IMG/VR virus record: IMGVR_UViG_3300010396_000003
Location: 1-64,000 of that record
Length of the DNA stretch: 64,000 nt
From: a virus
Taxonomy: Duplodnaviria > Heunggongvirae > Uroviricota > Caudoviricetes
Direction: 5' to 3' (one strand)
Part shown: positions 48,083-54,763 of the stretch, one piece after another
How positions within the stretch are numbered: position 1 is the stretch's first letter
Layout: every line of letters starts with the position of its first letter
Translations under genes and position numbers: made by a program
The notes under the pieces: generated by a model
Told to the model about the DNA's origin: nothing
What the model saw: only the letters and a program-made list of their open reading frames with translations
Database searches by the model: none

Positions 48083-48156
48083 TGGTAGCCCGTGGTCGAA
48101 TCGAACGGCCGTAGTCGGTGTGTAGGACCGATGCTCTACCCCTGAGCTAACGGGCT
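48083..48156 (-). tRNA. tRNA-Val(TAC)
   Basis: D-arm GCTCAGGGGTAGAGC, anticodon stem TCGGT/ACCGA, loop CCTACAC. One C-A mismatch in the T-stem. Confidence 0.6.
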
Positions 48157-48162
48157 TCAAAC

Positions 48163-48246
48163 TGGTGCGTCAGGGGAGATTCGAACTCCCATGTCTTTCG
48201 ACGGAAGGGTTTGAGCCTTCTGCGTATACCGTTCCACCACTGACGC
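48163..48246 (-). tRNA. tRNA-Leu(CAA)
   Basis: Acceptor GCGTCAG/CTGACGC, anticodon stem GAAGG/CCTTC, loop CTCAAAC, long variable arm, T-arm GGGAGTTCGAATCTCCC. Confidence 0.65.
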
Positions 48247-48725
48247 TAATCCTTTTTCTTCGTAAAACTGATCAACTGCAAGTTTACACCAATTGCCGGT
48301 TCCGAAGGTGTTTCATAGTTCGGCGCTACCTGATCAGCATGCAAATAGCCCGTAACCAAGGCCGGCGGTGCACATGTTTCATTTCCATTCGGAGACGTTG
48401 GAATACAGCCCATCACAAAGAATGTTGTCGTCGTCCATGGCGGAGCGACCGTGAATGTAACTCCGAAATTTAGATTTGAATTCCTAACGGCCGGACTATT
48501 AATCCTGCCAGCAAACAGATAGGAATTACCGTCACTCTCTTTCACGCATCCGGTTGGAGAATAAAGAGAGGTACAAAGAACTCCAACTAGAAAATGATCC
48601 GCGGTATTACCTGGCTTCGAATAGTCGTAATTCCAAGAAAGAACAACAGTGCTCTGCGACGTGTTCTGAGCTCGCACACATGTCGCTATCAAAGCCAAGA
48701 AGATTACTTTGAGTAAGACTCGCAT
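48246..48725 (-). CDS. secreted hypothetical protein
   Basis: 159 aa with signal peptide MRVLLKVIFLALIATCVRA, Cys-containing and beta-rich, embedded in the tRNA array. Confidence 0.4.
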   Translation of the reverse strand: MRVLLKVIFLALIATCVRAQNTSQSTVVLSWNYDYSKPGNTADHFLVGVLCTSLYSPTGCVKESDGNSYLFAGRINSPAVRNSNLNFGVTFTVAPPWTTTTFFVMGCIPTSPNGNETCAPPALVTGYLHADQVAPNYETPSEPAIGVNLQLISFTKKKD

Positions 48726-48737
48726 GTTGCCTCAATA

Positions 48738-48830
48738 TGGTGGTCGTCCTGAGAATCGAACTCAGCCGTTGCGCTAATCTGGCGCTTTCGCGGGATTATA
48801 AAGCCCGCCCGCTCTCCAAAGCTGACGACC
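48738..48830 (-). tRNA. atypical 93-nt tRNA-like gene (anticodon unresolved, possibly TAT)
   Basis: Clean acceptor GGTCGTC/GACGACC, discriminator A, CCA and T-arm CTGAGTTCGATTCTCAG. The 5' half does not fold into a standard D/anticodon arrangement; candidate loop CTTTATAAT. Confidence 0.35.
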
Positions 48831-49003
48831 TAAACACGTTTGATATTTTGTGGAAAGTGTTTTTCCATAAGTCCAGACATTTCTTTCTCTGTACCGTATG
48901 GATAATCAGCCCACAATCCACGCTTACCGTCTCCATCTGGATCACACCAGCGGCAACCATTAACAGGCTTGCGCGGATCACCGTTACACCATATGTGATG
49001 TCC

Positions 49004-49081
49004 ATTCATAAATTGGCGGTCCGTACCGGATTTGAACCGGTGTTCTTTTCCGTGACAGGGAAACGGGGACTCCAGACTCCC
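49004..49081 (-). tRNA. tRNA-Asp(GTC)
   Basis: D-arm GGGGAGTCTGGAGTCCCC, anticodon stem TTTCC/GGAAA, loop CTGTCAC, discriminator G. Confidence 0.65.
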
Positions 49082-49113
49082 CTAACGGACCTTATATTTT
49101 AGCCCCGCAAGTA

Positions 49114-49187
49114 GAACAAACTTTGGTAGGGATAAGGGGAATCGAACCCCTGTTCTGTCCTTGAAAGGGACTTATCCTGCCACTAGA
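49114..49187 (-). tRNA. tRNA-Glu(TTC)
   Basis: Acceptor GGGGATA/TATCCCT, anticodon loop CTTTCAA, T-arm AGGGGTTCGATTCCCCT. Confidence 0.6.
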
Positions 49188-49194
49188 CGATATC

Positions 49195-49278
49195 CCCATA
49201 AATTTGGTGCGCGGAGGGAGATTCGAACTCCCACGCCCGAAAGCACCTGGTTCTAAGCCAGGCAAGTCTACCGTTCCA
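49195..49278 (-). tRNA. tRNA-Leu(TAG)
   Basis: Acceptor GCGCGGA/TCCGCGC, anticodon stem CCTGG/CCAGG, loop CTTAGAA, long variable arm. Confidence 0.65.
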
Positions 49279-49562
49279 TCATCCGCGCTAAAAATTAACT
49301 TTAATCTTTTTCTTCTTTCGAATCACGCCATTTCTTCCGTCGACGGCATAATCAATTGTGATCGTCCGCGGCCGGCCAACCTTGCGCGTCCTCGATGCAA
49401 ATATATATTTGCCCAAGTTCTCATCGCAGGCATATTCGACATTATTAGGATTCTCTTTAACGCGTCGCAACGGCAGCGCACATAATCCATAACCAAATGT
49501 TACACCATAATCCCTAATACAACTTCTGCTAACGCGAAACGATGTCATTACTCTCCAATCTG

Positions 49563-49637
49563 GTAGTCCACGGCAGAGTCGAACTGCCTTCTCGACGTTC
49601 GGATCGTCGGATCCTGTCCGTTGAACGAGTGGACCTC
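49563..49637 (-). tRNA. tRNA-Arg(CCG)
   Basis: Anticodon stem CGACG/CGTCG, loop ATCCGAA, T-arm GGCAGTTCGACTCTGCC. Confidence 0.6.
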
Positions 49638-49857
49638 AAACCGCAAATAGTTTCTGCCGCACGCGATACCCTGTTCCGCCATCATTACCATTAAGTTCGA
49701 CCATTTCGATGAATGGGCACTCGTCCAGTTCCGTAATTTCGCAGCATAGACCGTGATATTTGCGGAAGACACGCACCGCATCAGTCGAGCACGTCGCCTC
49801 TACGCACGTTACGCCTAAACCATGATCTCCTTCCCATTCCACTACCCACATGCTCAA
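49636..49857 (-). CDS. hypothetical small protein
   Basis: 73-aa ORF between tRNA genes. Confidence 0.25.
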   Translation of the reverse strand: MSMWVVEWEGDHGLGVTCVEATCSTDAVRVFRKYHGLCCEITELDECPFIEMVELNGNDGGTGYRVRQKLFAV

Positions 49858-49980
49858 TGCTTCCTCCTAATCTCCCGCACGAAATACAATGCTACGCAGC
49901 CGATTAGAATCGCCACGCATCCTACCGCGAAAGCTGCGGCGCCAAGCATGAATCCCAGTATATAACTCACGATTGTCATT

Positions 49981-50055
49981 TGGCAGCTCCACGGAGAATC
50001 GAACTCCGATCTTCTTGTTAGGACCAAGACATCCTTTCCATTGAACGATGGAGCC
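49981..50055 (-). tRNA. tRNA-Arg(CCT)
   Basis: Acceptor GGCTCCA/TGGAGCT, anticodon stem TCTTG/CAAGA, loop GTCCTAA. Confidence 0.6.
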
Positions 50056-50737
50056 AAAAAAAATTGGCGGAGTTATAAGCAGTGGGGTTTATGGCCGCCT
50101 GATATCGCAGGATCGACTACATGCCCGGCGTTTGGATCCTCCGGCGAGCTCGGCTTTTCGTCCGGCGGCTGTCCCTTGGTAATCAGGTCTTTAGTCCCTG
50201 TTCTGCCCACGTCCTCACGGATAGCGGCATCCGCCACAACGAACGGCGTTCTATAATTCACGTTGATGCAAAAAGGAGTTATAAACTCCCGCAACGCGAA
50301 CACGCCGCCCAAGAGCCGTCTGGAAACCGCAGTTTATTCCGGCTGGCTACGAGAGAATTGACCACCAGATTCTTCACATCCGGTGTCGTACCGTCAATTC
50401 AACCAACCCAAGCTGCACGGCTCTATCTCAATACTGACCGAACGTTTAACGCCAACGCCCGCGACTTCACTCGTAATGCGCTGGGCCACTCTCACGAGTT
50501 AAGCTTCCCTATCCCAGCCTTAGTGTGTGATTTCCACACATTCGGGGTCGTGACTTTAGAGTTTCTGTCGCTTCTACGCTAAACCGTCCAACCCTCGCGG
50601 GATTACATGGAATTTTGGCGTAGCCATCCTAGATCGACTTTTTGATTTAAGCTGCCTTTGCTCTGTGGCACCGGAGCCAATCACGGCTAGTCGTCCAACC
50701 GTTGATGTGCGCTTTTCTCGGTCAAGCTTCAAGAAAA
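50056..50737. other. about 680-nt GC-rich noncoding tract within the tRNA array (candidate structured RNA)
   Basis: No protein-like ORF (the 153-aa ORF 50121-50582 is Arg-rich and of low complexity). Higher GC than the flanks, no tRNA fold found, and bounded by tRNA-Arg genes. Confidence 0.3.
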
Positions 50738-50814
50738 TGGTAGGGCGTGAAAGAGTCGAACTTTCGTGTCTGGTTTCGTAGACCAGCCCCTCTATTCCGC
50801 TAGGGTAACGCCCC
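50738..50814 (-). tRNA. tRNA-Arg(ACG)
   Basis: Acceptor GGGGCGT/ACGCCCT, D-stem CCCT/AGGG, anticodon stem CTGGT/ACCAG, loop CTACGAA. Confidence 0.65.
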
Positions 50815-50847
50815 ATTAAAATTGAACGCCACTAATATATATCAATT

Positions 50848-50925
50848 TTGGTGCGGCTGGTGAGATTTGAACTCACAAAAATACGAGTCTGAGTCGTACG
50901 CGTATGCCGGACTCCGCCACAGCCG
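50848..50925 (-). tRNA. atypical tRNA with Leu anticodon CAG but short variable arm
   Basis: Acceptor GCGGCTG/CAGCCGC, discriminator A, anticodon stem TACGA/TCGTA, loop CTCAGAC, 5-nt variable region, enlarged D-arm GCGGAGTCCGGCATACGCG. Confidence 0.45.
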
Positions 50926-51114
50926 CTAAGCTTTTTCTAATATATCTTGTATCGGATTAAAACAATCCGGCCGATCATACATAATGTATCGCCAAGTGTT
51001 TTTCGGCGCAAATATAGAAGCAGATCCATCACTAAAATAGCGGTCTTTGATTGTGTAAATCAAAGTATCACCTTTAATACGGACCTTCTCGCCGATATTA
51101 AATTTTGGCTTCAA
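50926..51114 (-). CDS. hypothetical small protein
   Basis: 62-aa ORF immediately downstream of a tRNA. Confidence 0.25.
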   Translation of the reverse strand: MKPKFNIGEKVRIKGDTLIYTIKDRYFSDGSASIFAPKNTWRYIMYDRPDCFNPIQDILEKA

Positions 51115-51125
51115 GTTTAGCCTTG

Positions 51126-51212
51126 GTTAAAAAAATGGTGGATGGTGAAGGACTCGAACCTTCGTAGCTCCAAGGAGCGCCTGGGTTACAGTCAGGTAGA
51201 ATTGCCGCTATC
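51126..51212 (-). tRNA. tRNA-Tyr(GTA)
   Basis: Acceptor GGATGGT/ACCATCC, anticodon loop CTGTAAC, long variable arm GCTCCTTGGAGC, T-arm GAAGGTTCGAGTCCTTC. Confidence 0.6.
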
Positions 51213-51327
51213 TCAACCATCCGAAAATTATCGTGATAGTGACCCCATATTGCGCTTTCGCGCGGCGGGAGTTTGCTGGTCACCCTGGACCCGAAGGCAC
51301 CCACTCCCGAGGTATATATCACGAACT

Positions 51328-51414
51328 TGGTGCGCGAGAGAGGATTCGAACCTCCACGCCGTAAATTGGCACAACGCCCTCAACGTTGCGTGTCTGCCTT
51401 TCCACCACTCGCGC
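51328..51414 (-). tRNA. tRNA-Leu(GAG)
   Basis: Acceptor GCGCGAG/CTCGCGC, anticodon stem CAACG/CGTTG, loop TTGAGGG, long variable arm. Confidence 0.65.
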
Positions 51415-51419
51415 AAATC

Positions 51420-51493
51420 TGGTACCGGCGTCTAGAATCGAACTAGCGTCACACGATTATCGGTCGTGGGCTCTGCCACTGAGCTACGCCGGC
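51420..51493 (-). tRNA. tRNA-Ile(GAT)
   Basis: D-arm GCTCAGTGGCAGAGC, anticodon stem CACGA/TCGTG, loop CCGATAA. Confidence 0.6.
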
Positions 51494-51501
51494 ACAAAAA
51501 T

Positions 51502-51576
51502 TGGAGGTGAGGGTGAGAATTGAACTCACGAATAAAGGTTTTGCAGACCTTCGCCTTACCACTTGGCTACCCCACC
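51502..51576 (-). tRNA. tRNA-Cys(GCA)
   Basis: Acceptor GGTGGGG/CCTCACC, anticodon stem AAGGT/ACCTT, loop CTGCAAA. Confidence 0.65.
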
Positions 51577-51577
51577 A

Positions 51578-51653
51578 TGGTAGCTCCGGCGTGAATCGAA
51601 CACGCTTGTACTCGTTTAGAAGACGAGTGCCTATTCCTGTCGGCCACGGAGCC
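51578..51653 (-). tRNA. tRNA-Arg(TCT)
   Basis: Acceptor GGCTCCG/CGGAGCT, anticodon stem CTCGT/ACGAG, loop CTTCTAA. Confidence 0.6.
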
Positions 51654-51656
51654 AAA

Positions 51657-51681
51657 CCGCGTCACGCCGTACAGGCGTGAC
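51657..51681. terminator. 10-bp perfect hairpin gcgtcacgcc-gtaca-ggcgtgacgc (possible bidirectional terminator)
   Basis: Perfect stem with a 5-nt loop. TTTAGAG follows on the plus strand and GGTTTGG on the minus strand. Confidence 0.45.
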
Positions 51682-51898
51682 GCTTTAGAGCATTCTTACT
51701 GTGAAATTGGATCTCACATGCCTTGCAAAATGCGCGAGACATGCGAGCCAACTTTAAACGTTCAGAGTGAGCGAAAATACCAGCGTAGTTACCGAATCGG
51801 CTATGAGATGCCTTATGGACTCCCTTGCCGACCTTACGCCCTTTCCTTCCGCCATCGTGACCCATCTTTGACCTCCTCTAGTACTTACCTAGGGAAAG

Positions 51899-52603
51899 TC
51901 ATCGGCGGTCTCCTTGTTCTTGTTCATGTTTTCTCCGAAACCAATCACGAATCTGGACTAATTCTTTTTTATTACACTTAAACTTAAAATGTTTTGTCTC
52001 AGTCCTGAATCGGGTTTTTGGAACCACATCGTCATTTTCAATTACCCATTCAGTGTACTGCACTTTAGTGGTCTCGCTCCAGGTGCGAAACCAATATTTT
52101 GATTTACGCCGATTTTCGATTAGCTCCCAATTAGATCCGTCCGAAAGAGGAATTCTGGTTATCTCGTCTTTCACACGATCTCTGTGTCGCCAAGGGCGCC
52201 GGCACCGATCGGAAGTCTTTTGCAGAATTCCGGCTTCATCGCGAAAGAAATCAGGAGTGGTCTGATGGCGTACCGCTCCTAAGCCTTCGGCATGAACGTA
52301 ATATGCGAGATGCCCCAATAGGTGCGCGCCAATCATCGAGCGCTTGTCATTCACCCGACAAATCTCGGAATAGACGTCATCCCATTTCCGGCCTACTTGA
52401 CCATCAAGGAACCGATACAACGGTGAGAGTTTGTCTCCCTGCGACTTCCGATCAAAGCCTCGATGCTTTGGATGCATCGAAACGTGAGACGGTGAATTCT
52501 CGAAATCGTTGCGGCTTTCTTGCTGAAATAGTTTAACTTCGCCTTTTTCAAAACCGCCGTGTCGGCCGGTTTCGATGATTACTTCTTTCATATCGGAACG
52601 CAT
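51899..52603 (-). CDS. hypothetical protein
   Basis: Start reassigned to MRSDMKEVII (GGAGGA RBS) because the longer ORF would overlap tRNA-Asn; basic and aromatic-rich, about 234 aa. Confidence 0.4.
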   Translation of the reverse strand: MRSDMKEVIIETGRHGGFEKGEVKLFQQESRNDFENSPSHVSMHPKHRGFDRKSQGDKLSPLYRFLDGQVGRKWDDVYSEICRVNDKRSMIGAHLLGHLAYYVHAEGLGAVRHQTTPDFFRDEAGILQKTSDRCRRPWRHRDRVKDEITRIPLSDGSNWELIENRRKSKYWFRTWSETTKVQYTEWVIENDDVVPKTRFRTETKHFKFKCNKKELVQIRDWFRRKHEQEQGDRR

Positions 52604-52689
52604 GTTTGTGGATCCTCCGCCACTACATACTTCTGCATTCCATGGTTCACCTCCTAATGAAGATCGTACCCAAAATGGGTACATAAAAA

Positions 52690-52766
52690 TGGCTGGCACC
52701 CCCGGACTCGAACCGGGACCGTTCTCCTTAACAGGGAGACGTCCTACCGAATTGGACCAGATGCCA
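52690..52766 (-). tRNA. tRNA-Asn(GTT)
   Basis: Acceptor TGGCATC/GGTGCCA, D-arm GTCCAATTCGGTAGGAC, anticodon stem TCTCC/GGAGA, loop CTGTTAA. Confidence 0.65.
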
Positions 52767-52868
52767 TCATATATAAGTTTTTAGATAATCGGCTTGATTA
52801 CCGTTTGGCGCTTGCCGATTTTTTCCATGGCGCTATTAAGCGCCGACCACACAACTCTTCTCATAATT

Positions 52869-52945
52869 TGGTGCGGGACGCGAGGCTTGAACTCGCAAAA
52901 CCCAGGGTTTAAACCTGGTACGTATGCCGATTCCGTCAGTCCCGC
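52869..52945 (-). tRNA. atypical tRNA with Leu anticodon TAA but short variable arm
   Basis: Acceptor GCGGGAC/GTCCCGC, discriminator A, anticodon stem CCAGG/CCTGG, loop TTTAAAC, 5-nt variable region. D-arm ACGGAATCGGCATACGT is similar to that of the CAG tRNA at 50848. Confidence 0.45.
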
Positions 52946-53065
52946 AAATCTGACCGGCAATTTATCTAATTCGATTAAGGAAATCATCGAGGCGCAGATA
53001 TCGCGTCTCTATATGGAGGGAACAGCGTTCGTTGTATCGTAAGAACTTCATCGTTAACCCTTAAT

Positions 53066-53108
53066 AAGAAGGGCGGTATTAGGTAGTGAGCCTGCCCGCC
53101 CTTCACCT
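53066..53108 (-). terminator. rho-independent terminator candidate downstream of gene 53176-53439
   Basis: Minus-strand reading: GAAGGGCGG-loop-CCGCCCTTC followed by TTATTAAGGG. Confidence 0.4.
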
Positions 53109-53175
53109 ACCGCTTTAATCTACCATTTGGGTCAAGAACAACGCAGCACGAAGAATAGCGCTGTTTTATTTTTTG

Positions 53176-53439
53176 TCAAGTGGAAGAAAAAATAAATTCG
53201 TGCGGCTCGAGAATTTTTAGATGATCCAATTGTATTGGAATTTCGGCCGCAGCAAACGTATACGAATTAGTGTTATCGTTAAAAGCCTCACGGAGCATAT
53301 CCCAAAGATCAGAGCCAACCCATAATCGCTTAGGATCCCGCGGTCCTGTTACTGGATCAGAATAACGTTGCCTAAAATCCTGGAGTTCTCTGGAAACTTC
53401 CGTGTAGGGCCAACTATCTACGTGTCGGATTTGCTCCAT
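53176..53439 (-). CDS. hypothetical protein
   Basis: 87-aa acidic ORF. Confidence 0.3.
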   Translation of the reverse strand: MEQIRHVDSWPYTEVSRELQDFRQRYSDPVTGPRDPKRLWVGSDLWDMLREAFNDNTNSYTFAAAEIPIQLDHLKILEPHEFIFSST

Positions 53440-53483
53440 AATGGTGGGAGTTTATAAAAGAGGCGGGAGAGATAAAAGCATTT

Positions 53484-53669
53484 TTACGCAGCCTTATTCT
53501 TTGCTCGATAGCGGGCTTGCGCCGCTCGATTCTTACACCTGTGTTCAAAGTATTGATGGGTGCGGGAAATCGGTTTAAAGGATCTTCCGCACCCACAGAT
53601 ACATTTACGCTTTTGCGAGCTCTGCTTCGAGAACTGCGAGCTCGTTGTCAAGGGCTGTGCGCTTTTCAT
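53484..53669 (-). CDS. small basic zinc-ribbon protein
   Basis: 61 aa with CICGCG...H..C and a KNRAAQARYRAKNKAA tail. Confidence 0.3.
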   Translation of the reverse strand: MKSAQPLTTSSQFSKQSSQKRKCICGCGRSFKPISRTHQYFEHRCKNRAAQARYRAKNKAA

Positions 53670-53907
53670 CCGGTGTCTTCAAGGTTTCACGACGAGCCTT
53701 GACTGCCTTAATACGAGCAGCCAGACGGTCGCGGTTCTTTGCCTTGATCTCCCTGCGAATTGACTGAGCATTCTCAGCGATCCACTCCGGAAGTTCAACG
53801 CCCAGTTCCTTGGCCTCATTTTCAAGCGCACGGGCATATGCAGACAGTTCTAGTAAATCATCAATGTCCATGCGATTAAGTGTTGCACTCTTGAGTTCGA
53901 TTAACAT
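53605..53907 (-). CDS. hypothetical coiled-coil protein
   Basis: Start reassigned to MLIELK (AAGGAAAGGAGG RBS); about 100 aa, helical. Confidence 0.35.
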   Translation of the reverse strand: MLIELKSATLNRMDIDDLLELSAYARALENEAKELGVELPEWIAENAQSIRREIKAKNRDRLAARIKAVKARRETLKTPDEKRTALDNELAVLEAELAKA

Positions 53908-53987
53908 GGGCGACCTTTCCTCCTTTCCTTTGGAATATCGTGGCGTCGGCATCTCAGGCCAGACTAATTTCCTTCTTTTTGCAGACT

Positions 53988-54263
53988 TTACTTTCTTACC
54001 TCACGCTGCTTTCGCGCATCCGCACTGTGTCGGTCAAGCAGTGCAGGCCTTCCCCATCGCAGGTAATAACTTAGCCAGCGAGTGAACCGCTTCCACGAAT
54101 TTGGAGGCTTATCGAGACCGCCGTCGCTCGGAGGCACAAGGCTGCGCGGCTCATCCGTGGTTCCTGTCCAGTAATGGTGACGCGCAGGTGCGCCGATCAT
54201 GTGCCTAATTCCGGGAGAATAACCGCCTCCCTTAAACATCGGCCCTCTGACTGCATCGCTCAT
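53988..54263 (-). CDS. hypothetical protein
   Basis: 91-aa ORF preceded by the conserved leader AACCACAAGGGAGGCACGGA-ATG shared with the next gene. Confidence 0.35.
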   Translation of the reverse strand: MSDAVRGPMFKGGGYSPGIRHMIGAPARHHYWTGTTDEPRSLVPPSDGGLDKPPNSWKRFTRWLSYYLRWGRPALLDRHSADARKQREVRK

Positions 54264-54281
54264 TCCGTGCCTCCCTTGTGG

Positions 54282-54602
54282 TTAGCTGTTGGCAATTTCT
54301 AGCAGAACATCGGCGTGGCACGGCTGATCGAGTGGGCAAAAACAAGCCAAGTCTTTGCCGCGAAGTTCTGATCTGATCGCTTCTAACATCCCACTTTTGA
54401 TGTGTACGTACTCGCAGAAACATGCAATCGAATCCTCGATCGATCGGACGGCGAAGTAGCCCGTAATGCCTATTTGCACGCCCGGTCGCATTTTCTTTGT
54501 GATTACAAATGGGTTTCCGAATTTACCGGGCCGGGTGACGCAAACGGTATTCTCTGGCATTCGCCATCCCTTCGTGCGCTTGCGCTGAATCCGTTTCGGC
54601 AT
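54282..54602 (-). CDS. DUF4326 family protein (second paralog)
   Basis: GKFGNPF...DLACFCPLDQPCHADVLL, the same signature as 3911-4243. Confidence 0.55.
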   Translation of the reverse strand: MPKRIQRKRTKGWRMPENTVCVTRPGKFGNPFVITKKMRPGVQIGITGYFAVRSIEDSIACFCEYVHIKSGMLEAIRSELRGKDLACFCPLDQPCHADVLLEIANS

Positions 54603-54763
54603 TCCGTGCCTCCCTTGTGGTTAGGAAACGTGGCGTCGGCATCTCAGCCGAAGATTGCATTTGTCGCCTTCACCGCAGCGAGTGCCATACTATCGGCCTG
54701 CGGATCATCGTCTCGGCAGCAATCCATTGTTTTGATGCTCTGCGCATTGCGCCACGAAACTGT

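Noticed and set aside
50121-50582. 153-aa plus-strand ORF and other ORFs across 50041-50816
   Set aside because: Arg/Ser/Leu-rich low-complexity translations, opposite to local gene polarity, with no RBS. The region is better explained as noncoding structured DNA or RNA.
50056-50737. tmRNA, RNase P RNA or group I/II intron in the 680-nt gap
   Set aside because: Could not find the tRNA-like end with a tag reading frame, the GGAAAGUCCGG / ACAGAACCCGGCUUA RNase P motifs, or an intron domain V by eye. Left as an unassigned noncoding tract.
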